NCBI GenBank assembly: GCA_949292185.1
Contig: CASEYP010000002.1
Location: 46,142 to 110,141 of the forward strand
Reading direction: 5' to 3'
DNA: 64,000 nucleotides
Source of the DNA: an uncultured bacterium
GTDB lineage: Bacteria > Cyanobacteriota > Vampirovibrionia > Gastranaerophilales > Gastranaerophilaceae
Shown here in pieces: positions 9,256 to 20,960 of the stretch; positions within the stretch are counted from its first letter, which is position 1; each line of letters starts with the position of its first letter. Both the position numbers and the translations under genes were made by a program. The notes beneath the pieces are model-generated. The model had not been told where the DNA came from. It worked only from the letters and a program-made list of their open reading frames with translations, and searched no databases.

Positions 9256-9951
9256 TTAATATTTTTCAATAATTTCTTTTATACCCTTTTGAGCAACTTT
9301 AAATATCTCTACCATTTTGTCAAATTCATACGGTTCACCTTCAGCAGTTGTTTGGAATTCAATAATTTTACCGCTTTTTGTTAAAACTACATTAGAATCA
9401 ACTTGAGCATGAGAATCTTCCGCATAATTTAAATCAAGACGAACTTCACCGTCAACAATCCCTGCAGAAATTGCCGCAACAGGTTCAACAATAGGATTTT
9501 CTTTTAATGTACCATCTGCTAACAATCTTTCAACAGCATCAGATAACGCTAAAAATCCGCCACAAATACTTGCTGTTCTTGTTCCACCATCTGCTTGAAT
9601 TACATCTGCGTCTATCGTAATAACTATATCAGGCATCTTTTCTAAATCTACACAAGCTCTAAGACTTCTCCCAATTAATCTTTGAATTTCTTGAGTTCTA
9701 CCAGATATTTTTGTTCTTTCTCTTTGGCATCTTACAGAAGTTGATGATGGTAATAATGAATATTCAGCAGTCAACCAACCTCTTAAATCGTCTTTTGACA
9801 TCCATTTAGGCTTTCCAACTTCTACAGACGCTGTTGTAATAACTTTTGTATCACCAAATTCTACTAAAACTGAACCTAATGCATTTTTTGTATAATGTCT
9901 TGTGAATTTAACTTCCCTTAACTCATCATTTGCCCTATTTTCTAATCTCAT
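9256..9951 (-). CDS. rph: Ribonuclease PH
   Basis: 231 aa with GRTQEIQRLIGRSLRA and DADVIQADGGTRTASI motifs. Confidence 0.93.
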   Translation of the reverse strand: MRLENRANDELREVKFTRHYTKNALGSVLVEFGDTKVITTASVEVGKPKWMSKDDLRGWLTAEYSLLPSSTSVRCQRERTKISGRTQEIQRLIGRSLRACVDLEKMPDIVITIDADVIQADGGTRTASICGGFLALSDAVERLLADGTLKENPIVEPVAAISAGIVDGEVRLDLNYAEDSHAQVDSNVVLTKSGKIIEFQTTAEGEPYEFDKMVEIFKVAQKGIKEIIEKY

Positions 9952-9977
9952 AAATTATTCTCCTTTTTATCTTTCAT

Positions 9978-10202
9978 CTATCCTTTAAAATCATAGTCCC
10001 ACATATAAATTTGACCACAATATCTACATACAGCATGTTCATTCATAAATTGTAAATCAGGTATAAAAACATACCCGTCAACTGTTATTTCAAGTTCGCC
10101 TTTATCGTTATAACGCTTTGAAAAAGACTTTTCTCCCGTATAATCAGGAGAAAACATCAATTCAAATTTATCTTTTGACTTACAGTTTTTACAAATAAAC
10201 AT
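9978..10202 (-). CDS. Small zinc-ribbon-like protein, unknown function
   Basis: 74 aa with two CxxC pairs (CKNC ... CRYC). Confidence 0.55.
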   Translation of the reverse strand: MFICKNCKSKDKFELMFSPDYTGEKSFSKRYNDKGELEITVDGYVFIPDLQFMNEHAVCRYCGQIYMWDYDFKG

Positions 10203-10207
10203 AAATC

Positions 10208-11152
10208 TTATACATCCATATCATCATCTCTAACTTTTCTAGAACGCTTATTTGATTTAGGAACTCTAGAATTTTTCTGCTGATCTGCATAAGCCAAATC
10301 TCTATACCACAATGACCAACAAATACTTCTTATAGGTAAAGTTAATCCCATAACTACAAATGAAATTAATGAATAAAATATAGTTTTTGATATCAAATCC
10401 GGTGTAATAATAGGCATATGCCAATATGACAATAACTGATTACAAAAATCTAACGGAATTTTATTCGTTACAAAGTTGAATAATATTGAAACTTTATCTG
10501 TTAAATTCAAATAATCGAAAACAACAAAAACCCCTTCAGTAATTATAAATATTGTAAAAAACACCAAAAGTGCCAACATTAAAAATGTACTAAACCATTT
10601 ACCTTTAACAAGCGAAAAACTACGTTTAAAGCAGTCAAAAACAGACAAATCATCTTCAAATGTAAAAACCTGAAAAACAAGTATCAAATAAATCCACAAA
10701 ACAAACCCAGGAATTATAAAAAATATACTGCTGGCAACAGAAGATAAAACACCAACACAAATCAATAACCAAACATATTGAAAAGATCTTCTCGTTGCAA
10801 CTTCATTATGAGATTGAAAATCATAAACTCTACCGGTAGAAACAGCGCCCTCAGTCATAGAATTTAATGAAACATAAGCAACCATATAATCCCAAAAAGC
10901 TTTTACAAATATCAACAACCCTGGCATTGCCAAAAGCAATATCATTAACATTGCCATAGTCACACTACTAGATTTTGCAACAATTCTATCAGCCAATCCT
11001 AAAGGCAAAGCAAATGATAAAATAATACCAATTATCTGTCCAAATACAGGAAATAACATATAAACAAAAAACTTATCAATATTAGAAAAATAAATTTTTA
11101 TACCCTCTGCCAAAATCAAAAATATATTATTTTTAACCTTATACTTGGACAT
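10208..11152 (-). CDS. Polytopic membrane protein, unknown function
   Basis: 314 aa with about 6-7 hydrophobic helices and a basic C-terminal tail. Confidence 0.6.
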   Translation of the reverse strand: MSKYKVKNNIFLILAEGIKIYFSNIDKFFVYMLFPVFGQIIGIILSFALPLGLADRIVAKSSSVTMAMLMILLLAMPGLLIFVKAFWDYMVAYVSLNSMTEGAVSTGRVYDFQSHNEVATRRSFQYVWLLICVGVLSSVASSIFFIIPGFVLWIYLILVFQVFTFEDDLSVFDCFKRSFSLVKGKWFSTFLMLALLVFFTIFIITEGVFVVFDYLNLTDKVSILFNFVTNKIPLDFCNQLLSYWHMPIITPDLISKTIFYSLISFVVMGLTLPIRSICWSLWYRDLAYADQQKNSRVPKSNKRSRKVRDDDMDV

Positions 11153-11223
11153 ATACCCTCCTTTGTTATATTATAATTTTATTACAAATAGAGATTGGGT
11201 AAAGACAAAGAAAGTAATTTGTG

Positions 11224-11850
11224 ATGAATTATAAAGAGCTTATAAAATACATAGATAAGGAAGATTTTTTAAATCATAAAGTAAATCTTCACATACATTC
11301 AACCTATTCAGATGGAAAAGCAGAATTTAAAGATTTAGAAAACCAAGCTCTTTTAAATAAAAAATATAAATTATTTTCAATAACAGATCATAATACAATT
11401 CAAGGTTACATAGATAACCCTGATACAATAGCAATTCCGGGAGTAGAATTTGATGTTTGGTACAAATATATCTTTTTACACTTACTAGCTTACGGAATTG
11501 ATATAAATAATACTCAAATGCAACAGTTCTATTCAAAAGATAAACGTGGTACAGAAATGGATATTGTAAGATTTTTTGCCAAAAGGAATATAAAAGATCT
11601 TATAAATGCAATTCATGATGCAGGAGGAATTGCCGTCCTTGCACACCCTTGCTGCTGCTGGGCTCTAAATCTTGAAGAATTTATAAAAGACCTTGTAGAA
11701 CTTGGACTTGACGGCATTGAAGTATATTACCCATACCCACGCTGGAGAAAATACATTAAATTTTCTTGCCCAGAGGATATAGAAAAAATTGCCGATAAAT
11801 ATAACCTAATAAAAACAGGTGGAACGGATTGTCATGAATTGAATCTTTAA
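11224..11850 (+). CDS. PHP-domain metal-dependent phosphoesterase
   Basis: NLHIHSTYSDG, SITDHNT and VLAHP motifs. The track starts at GTG 11221; an ATG at 11224 is in frame. Confidence 0.8.
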   Translation: MNYKELIKYIDKEDFLNHKVNLHIHSTYSDGKAEFKDLENQALLNKKYKLFSITDHNTIQGYIDNPDTIAIPGVEFDVWYKYIFLHLLAYGIDINNTQMQQFYSKDKRGTEMDIVRFFAKRNIKDLINAIHDAGGIAVLAHPCCCWALNLEEFIKDLVELGLDGIEVYYPYPRWRKYIKFSCPEDIEKIADKYNLIKTGGTDCHELNL

Positions 11851-11853
11851 GAA

Positions 11854-12492
11854 TTAAGATTCTTTCAAATGTTTAACATGCTTCCAAACATATATTCCGC
11901 CTAATATTAAACAAACAACAATTATCACAGCATCAAATTTATGCCAAATGCTTTTTAATTTGTCTAAATGTTCGCCAAGTTTAACCCCAACATAAACCAA
12001 TACATAACTCCAAACCAAAGAACCTAAAAATGTTAATAAGAAAAATACTCTTTTCTTTGCTCTTAAAATTCCAGCAGGAAGAGAAATAAAAGTTCTTACA
12101 ACAGGCAACATTCTGCACAAGAAAAATGCCCAATCGCCATATTTTTCAACCCATTTATCAGCAGTTTCCAAATCTTTTTTTGATACCAAAAAGTATTTTC
12201 CGTATTTTTCAACGAACTTACGACCGCCAAAATATCCAATATAATAAGAAGGAACAGAACCAATAACACACCCGATAGCACCAGCTATAGCTGCAGTATG
12301 AAAACCCATTTCGCCTTTACTTACCAAAAATCCTGCAAAAGGTAAAACAGCTTCACTTGGCAAAGGAATATTACATGACTCAATAGCCATCAATAAAGCT
12401 ATTCCGCAAGGTCCCATAACAGTAATAACACCTTCTATCCAATTTATTAAAGCAGCTAACACACTATCCAGCATAATCAAATTCTCTCCCAT
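11854..12492 (-). CDS. DedA-family membrane protein
   Basis: 212 aa. Signature RMLPVVRTFISLPAG and GYFGG. Confidence 0.8.
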   Translation of the reverse strand: MGENLIMLDSVLAALINWIEGVITVMGPCGIALLMAIESCNIPLPSEAVLPFAGFLVSKGEMGFHTAAIAGAIGCVIGSVPSYYIGYFGGRKFVEKYGKYFLVSKKDLETADKWVEKYGDWAFFLCRMLPVVRTFISLPAGILRAKKRVFFLLTFLGSLVWSYVLVYVGVKLGEHLDKLKSIWHKFDAVIIVVCLILGGIYVWKHVKHLKES

Positions 12493-12533
12493 ATTTTTAT
12501 CAACATTTAGATTATATCAAAAATAAAATTAAA

Positions 12534-12565
12534 TAAAAAAAGTTCCCACCAAAATGGCAGGAACT
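12534..12565 (-). terminator. Rho-independent terminator of hup
   Basis: On the minus strand: AGTTCCTGCCA ttt TGGTGGGAACT (11 bp including two G.U pairs) followed by TTTTTTT. Confidence 0.75.
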
Positions 12566-12594
12566 TCAAACTCATTATTTATAATTAACAAAAA

Positions 12595-12873
12595 TTATTT
12601 TCCGTTAACAATAGTTTTGAATTTTTTACCAGCTGAGAAAGCAGGAACTGTTTTTGCAGGAATTTTTAATTCTTTACCAGTTTGAGGGTTTCTACCAGTT
12701 CTAGCAGCTCTCTTACGAGGTTCAAAAGTACCGAAACCTACTAAAGTTACTTTTTTACCTTTAGCAACTGTTTTTTGAATAGTATCTACTAATGAAGATA
12801 ATACTTCAGCAGCTTCTTTTTGAGTAACATTAGCTTTTTTAGAAATTTCTTGTACTAATTCTTCTTTGTTCAT
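12595..12873 (-). CDS. hup: HU-family DNA-binding protein
   Basis: MNKEELVQEISKK...GFGTFEPRKRAARTGRNPQTGKELKIPA. GAAGGAG RBS upstream of the ATG at 12873 (the track ORF extends to 12900). Confidence 0.93.
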   Translation of the reverse strand: MNKEELVQEISKKANVTQKEAAEVLSSLVDTIQKTVAKGKKVTLVGFGTFEPRKRAARTGRNPQTGKELKIPAKTVPAFSAGKKFKTIVNGK

Positions 12874-13118
12874 AATAAAACTCCTTCTTTTCTTGTACAA
12901 ATCTAATTATATTAGAAATTTCAAACTATGCAAGTATTTTAAGGAATTTTAACACTTTTTAACGAAAAAAACCTCCTTATAGAGGAAATAACCACTAATT
13001 TATAAAGATTATTTCTATATTTTTTTGCAAAATGTATCAAAAAATTTATAAAAACAAGCCCAAATATTACTTTTTTGATAAAATGAAAATATACTGTTTA
13101 GTTGAATTATATGATTAG

Positions 13119-14495
13119 GTGGATATGAAAGAGCGAATTTTACTATTCATTATTGTCTTGGGATTAACAGCATTTATTTACATTTTCCAGAGTTATACAG
13201 TTTGGGGACTTGCACTTTTAGTTATATTAATGTCTATATATGCAAGCTTTACAACCGTTGCATATAAAATAAGACAAAGAATTAAATCTAAAACACCCCC
13301 TGTTAAAAACGAAAATTATAAACCTTTTGTAAGCGTTATGATTCCTGCACATAATGAAGAATCCGTTATCGCAGATACAATAAAAACTGTTCTAAAACTT
13401 GATTACCCTAATTTTGAAATTATTGCAATCGACGATAGAAGTACAGATAACACAGCTGCCGTAATTAAAGATTTAGAAAAACAATATCCACAAAAAGTAA
13501 AAGCATTTATCCGTCCAAAAGATGCTTTTCCTGGGAAATCAGCAGTTTTAAACGATGCTTTGAAATTTGCAAAAGGGGAAGCTATCCTTGTATTCGACGC
13601 TGATGCAACAATGGAACCTGACTTTTTGACAAACCTTGTATATGAACTTGAACCCAAAGATGTTGGAGCTGTTCAAGCAAGAAAGATTGTAAGAAATAAA
13701 GATGTAAACCTTTTAACCAGATGCCAAAACAATGAAATGACAATGGACACCCATTTTCAGGTAAGCAGAGATTCTGTTAAAGGTGCCGTTGAATTAAGAG
13801 GTAATGGTGAACTTATAAAACGCACAGCCTTAGAAGATATCGGAGGTTGGAATAATTATACAATTACAGATGACCTTGATATGTCAACAAGACTTCATAT
13901 AAAAGGTTGGGACGTTAGATTTTGCCTTGATACAGCCGTTTATGAAGAAGGTATAATGTATCTATTTCCTTTATACAAACAAAGAAGAAGATGGCTGGAA
14001 GGTACAATCAGAAGATATTTGGAATACTTTTGGGATATTTTAACTTCTAAAAAAATGTCTATGAGAGTAAGACTTGATATGATTGCTTATATTTCAGAAT
14101 TCATAATGCCTGCTTGGTTTATTATTGAACTTGGAATTTTATTAGTTAAAATTATAGTAAAAGACGCCCCGCCTCACATTTTAATGTCATCTGTTATTAT
14201 GGGATGCATAATAGGTCTTGGATTTATTATGGCTTGCAGATATAGTCTTAGAAGATACGATAATGTTCCAAGAAAAGAGGCACTAATTCAATCAATCGAA
14301 ACTTCTATATATTTACTATTAATTTGGTTTCCACTAGTATTATTTATAGGATTCAAGATTTTATTTATGAAAAAGGATATGAACTGGGGTAAAACAGCCC
14401 ACGGACTTATCCAACACGAACATGCTATTCAAAAAGCAAAAGAAAAAATTAGAAAAGCAAAAGAAGAATTAAAGAAGTTACTACTAACGAAATAG
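13119..14495 (+). CDS. Processive family-2 glycosyltransferase (cellulose/chitin/PNAG-synthase-like)
   Basis: 458 aa. DDRSTDNT, FDADA, TDDLD and QRRRW (QxxRW) motifs. TM helices at both ends and a C-terminal coiled coil. Start ambiguous (GTG 13119 or ATG 13125). Confidence 0.8.
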   Translation: MDMKERILLFIIVLGLTAFIYIFQSYTVWGLALLVILMSIYASFTTVAYKIRQRIKSKTPPVKNENYKPFVSVMIPAHNEESVIADTIKTVLKLDYPNFEIIAIDDRSTDNTAAVIKDLEKQYPQKVKAFIRPKDAFPGKSAVLNDALKFAKGEAILVFDADATMEPDFLTNLVYELEPKDVGAVQARKIVRNKDVNLLTRCQNNEMTMDTHFQVSRDSVKGAVELRGNGELIKRTALEDIGGWNNYTITDDLDMSTRLHIKGWDVRFCLDTAVYEEGIMYLFPLYKQRRRWLEGTIRRYLEYFWDILTSKKMSMRVRLDMIAYISEFIMPAWFIIELGILLVKIIVKDAPPHILMSSVIMGCIIGLGFIMACRYSLRRYDNVPRKEALIQSIETSIYLLLIWFPLVLFIGFKILFMKKDMNWGKTAHGLIQHEHAIQKAKEKIRKAKEELKKLLLTK

Positions 14496-14505
14496 GAGAA
14501 AATAA

Positions 14506-15039
14506 ATGGCAACACTAACAATTGATGATGTAAAAAATAAAATCAGAGCAGTAAAAGATTTTCCAAAAGAAGGAATAATCTTTAGAGATATTACAACAGG
14601 TCTAAAAGACGCTGAAACAATGAAAATGATGGTTGATTACCTTTGTGATCAATACAAAGATATAAAAATTGATTATATAGCAGGTATCGAAAGTAGAGGA
14701 TTTATCTTTGGAATGCCAATGGCATATAAATTAAATTGCGGATTTATTCCAATCAGAAAGCCTAATAAACTTCCTGCAAAAACAATCAAAGAATCCTACG
14801 CCCTAGAATATGGCACAGATACTATAGAAATTCATGAAGATGCAATAGAACAAGGTGCAAACGTTCTTGTTGTAGACGACCTTTTGGCAACAGGCGGAAC
14901 CGCAAAAGCTGCTTGCAATCTTGTGAGAAAAGCTGGTGCTAATTTAGTTGGAGCTGCATTTTTAATTGAATTAACAGATCTTCACGGAAGAGAAAAATTA
15001 GAAAATTGCGGAAAAATCATTTCTATGTTAAAATACTAA
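14506..15039 (+). CDS. apt: Adenine phosphoribosyltransferase
   Basis: 177 aa. PRPP-binding VLVVDDLLATGGT and FRDIT. Confidence 0.92.
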   Translation: MATLTIDDVKNKIRAVKDFPKEGIIFRDITTGLKDAETMKMMVDYLCDQYKDIKIDYIAGIESRGFIFGMPMAYKLNCGFIPIRKPNKLPAKTIKESYALEYGTDTIEIHEDAIEQGANVLVVDDLLATGGTAKAACNLVRKAGANLVGAAFLIELTDLHGREKLENCGKIISMLKY

Positions 15040-15065
15040 TAAGATAGCAATTAGGAGAATTTGAT

Positions 15066-15332
15066 ATGAAAAAGTTAGTAATCATAGCTGCATTATTACT
15101 TATACAAACTCAAGTATTATCAGCACCTGCAAATACAACAAATACAAATTACAATAAACAACCTGCGCAAAGACAACAGGTAAATTATCAGCAGCAAACA
15201 AATAATCAAGTAAGCCGTCCGGCTCAACAAAAATCTTATGATAATACATATAGTGCAGACTATTTACTAAAATATAATATTGATGATTTAGAAGCAGCAC
15301 CTTGGCTAAACGGTGGTAAAAGAAAAATCTAA
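15066..15332 (+). CDS. Small secreted Gln/Asn-rich protein
   Basis: 88 aa. Signal peptide MKKLVIIAALLLIQTQVLSA. Q/N-rich mature part. Confidence 0.55.
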   Translation: MKKLVIIAALLLIQTQVLSAPANTTNTNYNKQPAQRQQVNYQQQTNNQVSRPAQQKSYDNTYSADYLLKYNIDDLEAAPWLNGGKRKI

Positions 15333-15360
15333 ACGAAATTAAATAACTAAAAAAAATAAC

Positions 15361-15385
15361 GGGCGAAAGTTTTCAACTTTCGCCC
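15361..15385. terminator. Bidirectional terminator hairpin between convergent genes
   Basis: 11-bp stem GGGCGAAAGTT / AACTTTCGCCC with loop TTC. An A-run precedes it on the plus strand, giving a U-run for the minus-strand gene. Confidence 0.7.
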
Positions 15386-15413
15386 GCTTTACTATTTGTC
15401 AAACTTTATTTAT

Positions 15414-16175
15414 CTATTTCAAATAGAAATTAGCATTTACACTTGAGTAAACCTTTATTACACCAGCTTCAATCGGAGCTGACTCAGAAGTTGCTGAATC
15501 CATTGCGCCTGAAGATTTTGCCATTAACATATTTCTAAATTGAGGAACAGGATAACTTGTATTAACAGAACAAGAAGTATCGATATTTCTTATACCGCTA
15601 ACTGTAGTTGCCGCAGCTGCGGCAACAATATCTGCTCTTTTTCTTGCTTGTTTTGTAGCTTGAGTTAATAAATCTGCGCATTCGCTATCTTTTTCTGACA
15701 AGCTAAAATTCAAACTATTAACTGTTGTTGCACCTAAAGCTAAAGATTTATCAATCATTTCAGAAATTTTATCTAAAGATTTTGTATGAACAATTATATT
15801 ATTTGAAACTTCATATTTATCTAAAGATCTTTTACCACTGTTATAAACATAACTTGGGGCTGCCGAATAATTGGTAGTTTTTAAATAATCACCATTTGCA
15901 GTATTTATTGCACCTTTTAAATACTCATAAACCTTATCAGAAATTTCTTTATTTTCCTTAATAGCAGTTTGCATAGACTTTTTATCATCTGTGCGAACGG
16001 CAATAGAAACTTCTACAGTATCAGGAGAAACTTCTTTTTCCGCAGTATAAGAAACAGAAACATAACCTTTCTCTGCAGATTGAGATGTACTAGTTATAGC
16101 ACTTGCAGAACTATAAACAAATGGGAACGAAAACAAAGCTGCTCCAAGCAGTGAACAAATAATAACCTTTTTCAT
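15414..16175 (-). CDS. SIMPL/DUF541-family periplasmic protein (BP26-like)
   Basis: 253 aa. Signal peptide, then GYVSVSYTAEKEVSPDTVEVSIAV, typical of the family's N-terminus. Recognition from memory. Confidence 0.55.
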   Translation of the reverse strand: MKKVIICSLLGAALFSFPFVYSSASAITSTSQSAEKGYVSVSYTAEKEVSPDTVEVSIAVRTDDKKSMQTAIKENKEISDKVYEYLKGAINTANGDYLKTTNYSAAPSYVYNSGKRSLDKYEVSNNIIVHTKSLDKISEMIDKSLALGATTVNSLNFSLSEKDSECADLLTQATKQARKRADIVAAAAATTVSGIRNIDTSCSVNTSYPVPQFRNMLMAKSSGAMDSATSESAPIEAGVIKVYSSVNANFYLK

Positions 16176-16199
16176 AATACCTCCGTTAAATAATAACTA

Positions 16200-16682
16200 C
16201 TATTTAATATTAGAAACCTTATCATCATCTGTTTTTTCAACAGAATCTTGCTTTTTTACTGAAAAAGAAGAAGATACAAAAGGTACATCAGTTTTATCAG
16301 ACGATTTTTTTGTATCTTTCTTATTACTAAAATCAAATTTATCAGACTTTGATATAATTTTATTCATCATTTTCATCTGAGATGATACTTTTGATTTTTT
16401 CAAAATCATATCCAATTCTTCATCACTCAATTCCGGAGTATTTTTGAATGACACCGCTAAGCCTTTTTTAGACAATATAAAATATGAAATTGCAACAATA
16501 GCCCATAAAAGTACACCTTGGAACAAATTTAGCATAGGAAACATAAAAAGATTTACAAGATATTTATTCCAATAATGCATAGCAACCAAACCAGGGAATA
16601 CAACAAATCCGGCAAATAAACATACACCAATAAATAATGCGGTTACTAATCCTCTTATTCCATCTATTTGAATAATTTTCAT
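16200..16682 (-). CDS. Membrane protein with Lys/Ser/Asp-rich tail, unknown function
   Basis: 160 aa with two or three N-terminal TM helices. Confidence 0.5.
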   Translation of the reverse strand: MKIIQIDGIRGLVTALFIGVCLFAGFVVFPGLVAMHYWNKYLVNLFMFPMLNLFQGVLLWAIVAISYFILSKKGLAVSFKNTPELSDEELDMILKKSKVSSQMKMMNKIISKSDKFDFSNKKDTKKSSDKTDVPFVSSSFSVKKQDSVEKTDDDKVSNIK

Positions 16683-16699
16683 ACTTTTAAAATCCTTTA

Positions 16700-18778
<2,079 letters not shown>

Positions 18779-19615
18779 TTACATAATCATTAAAAGTTCT
18801 CTAATAACTTTTGTAGCAACTGCAGTAGACGCACCACTTGCATCATAATCAGGAGCAAGTTCTACAACATCAGCTCCAACTATATCAAAATCTTTCAAAT
18901 ATTTAAACCAGCAAACAAGTTCATTAAATGACATACCGCCAACCTCAGGAGTCCCGGTTCCAGGCATAATTGAAGTATCTAAACAATCTAAATCAACTGT
19001 AACAAATACCTTTTTACCCTTCAAACAATCTAATTCACTATATTGCTTACACAAGGTATTATGCTTTGCCATAAATTCCCATTCTTCCTTCATCCCTGAG
19101 CGAATACCAATTTGTTTGATATTTTCAGGCTTAACAAACTTAGAAATATGACGAATCACAGCACTATGTGACATTTCTTCACCCATATACTCTTCTCTTA
19201 AATCTGTATGAGCATCAAAATGAACAATAGCTAAATCATCATAAAATTTTGAAACAGCCTTAACTTCAGGCAACGTAACCAAATGTTCTCCGCCAATACC
19301 AAAAACTCTTTTTCCATCTTTATAAATTTGTTCAACATTTTCTTCTATCTGATCCAAAGTTTTATAAGTATTTCCAAGCGGAAACTCTAAATCCCCAACA
19401 TCATGAAAATTTACATCAGCTAAATCTTTATCAAAATAAGGAGAATACTCTTCTAACCCCCAACTTGCAAGACGAATTTGCTCAGGTGCAAATCTAGAAC
19501 CAGGTCTATAAGATACAGTACCATCAAACGGCATACCTAACATTACGATATCAGACGAATCATAATCCGGATTTTGCCCCATCCAAGTTCTATCTAAAAA
19601 AGGTCCTTTTAACAT
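18779..19615 (-). CDS. speB: Agmatinase (arginase/ureohydrolase family)
   Basis: 278 aa with GGEHLVT, HFDAHTDL and VDLDCLD metal-binding motifs. Confidence 0.85.
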   Translation of the reverse strand: MLKGPFLDRTWMGQNPDYDSSDIVMLGMPFDGTVSYRPGSRFAPEQIRLASWGLEEYSPYFDKDLADVNFHDVGDLEFPLGNTYKTLDQIEENVEQIYKDGKRVFGIGGEHLVTLPEVKAVSKFYDDLAIVHFDAHTDLREEYMGEEMSHSAVIRHISKFVKPENIKQIGIRSGMKEEWEFMAKHNTLCKQYSELDCLKGKKVFVTVDLDCLDTSIMPGTGTPEVGGMSFNELVCWFKYLKDFDIVGADVVELAPDYDASGASTAVATKVIRELLMIM

Positions 19616-19679
19616 TTATCTTCTCCTTAAATACACAAATCCTACTTCTATATAATTTTAATTTTACTATAAAAAACTC

Positions 19680-20027
19680 CTATATAGAAATATTTTTTAA
19701 ATGTTCAATTTTTAATTTAGGGTACAAAACAATACCTATAACATCAATTCTATATTTTTTTATATTGTTTTCCTGAATATATGACAAAACACCCGTTTTT
19801 ATATGATTATATTTAGTTTTTGTAATAGCTTCAAATGGAGAGCCGAAATTTTCGGATTTTCTAGTTTTGACCTCAACAAAAACAAAAGTATCTTTATATT
19901 TTGCAATAATATCTATTTCTGAAAATTTTGAAAAATGAACATTTCTGTCAATAATAGAATATCCGTTTTTCACAAGATACTCACAAGCCAAATCTTCACC
20001 CCTATTTCCAAACTCTCTATTATTCAT
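19680..20027 (-). CDS. yraN: YraN-family (UPF0102) endonuclease-like protein
   Basis: 115 aa. GEDLACEYL...EIDIIA...FVEVKTR pattern. Confidence 0.8.
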   Translation of the reverse strand: MNNREFGNRGEDLACEYLVKNGYSIIDRNVHFSKFSEIDIIAKYKDTFVFVEVKTRKSENFGSPFEAITKTKYNHIKTGVLSYIQENNIKKYRIDVIGIVLYPKLKIEHLKNISI

Positions 20028-20029
20028 AA

Positions 20030-20935
20030 TTATTGTTTAATTCCGGCTCTTGCAAAAGTATTTAAATCTAATAACTTATCAAAGCCATTAAATTTACAAT
20101 TTTTGCTATATCTTACAGGTGAAATATCAATTCCGCCTCTTCTTGTATACAGTGCACAAACACAAAGTTCATCATCACCATCTAGTAAATCATACAATCT
20201 TTTATAAATCATTTCACAACATTCTTCATGGAAATGATACTCTGAACGAAATGATACCAAATATTTTACCAATGACTCCTCATCTATATGAACTCTTGAA
20301 TTGTAATAAATATAAGCATCCCCAAAATCAGGTTGATGAGTAACTCTGCAATTTGAACGCAAAGAACCAAATTTTAGATAATATTTTGAAGCCTCTGCCT
20401 CTTTTTGAACTTTTAACAATTCAGGAGCCTCTTTAAATTTTTCAATTCTCAAATTACCTTCGTCAACAAAATTCATAATATCTACAAACTCAGGGAAAAT
20501 AACAACTTTTTCGGAATTGTCATCCAAAAATTCAACCTCAACCTTTGTTTGTAATTTTTCACTTAAATCTTTTTCTATCAAATGCTTGCAAATATCCAAA
20601 CACTCATTAGTATTCTTACCAAACTTATCCATATTAAATGAATTTAGATATAATTTTAAAGACTTAGATTCCACAATATAATCATTTTCACAACTATATT
20701 TCAATTTCAAAACTCTTGAAACAGGAACACAATTTTCTGTCATTGCAGAAAACTCATACGCCTGCCAAATATCAGCACCTAAAAATGGTAAATTCCCGTT
20801 TTCTAAACCGTACAACTTTCTATTTTCAAACCTTGGAACAGCAACCAACAATGAAGGATTATAATTATTAGCACCTTCAACTCGCTTTCCTAAGTATTTT
20901 GAAGCTATATTATCCGTAATATTTTGATATTCCAT
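20030..20935 (-). CDS. queF: NADPH-dependent 7-cyano-7-deazaguanine (preQ0) reductase, bimodular type II
   Basis: 301 aa. QueF motif VESKSLKLYL and catalytic-Cys region SNCRVTHQPDFG. Confidence 0.85.
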   Translation of the reverse strand: MEYQNITDNIASKYLGKRVEGANNYNPSLLVAVPRFENRKLYGLENGNLPFLGADIWQAYEFSAMTENCVPVSRVLKLKYSCENDYIVESKSLKLYLNSFNMDKFGKNTNECLDICKHLIEKDLSEKLQTKVEVEFLDDNSEKVVIFPEFVDIMNFVDEGNLRIEKFKEAPELLKVQKEAEASKYYLKFGSLRSNCRVTHQPDFGDAYIYYNSRVHIDEESLVKYLVSFRSEYHFHEECCEMIYKRLYDLLDGDDELCVCALYTRRGGIDISPVRYSKNCKFNGFDKLLDLNTFARAGIKQ

Positions 20936-20960
20936 AGCTTAATATTAACATAAACAAACG

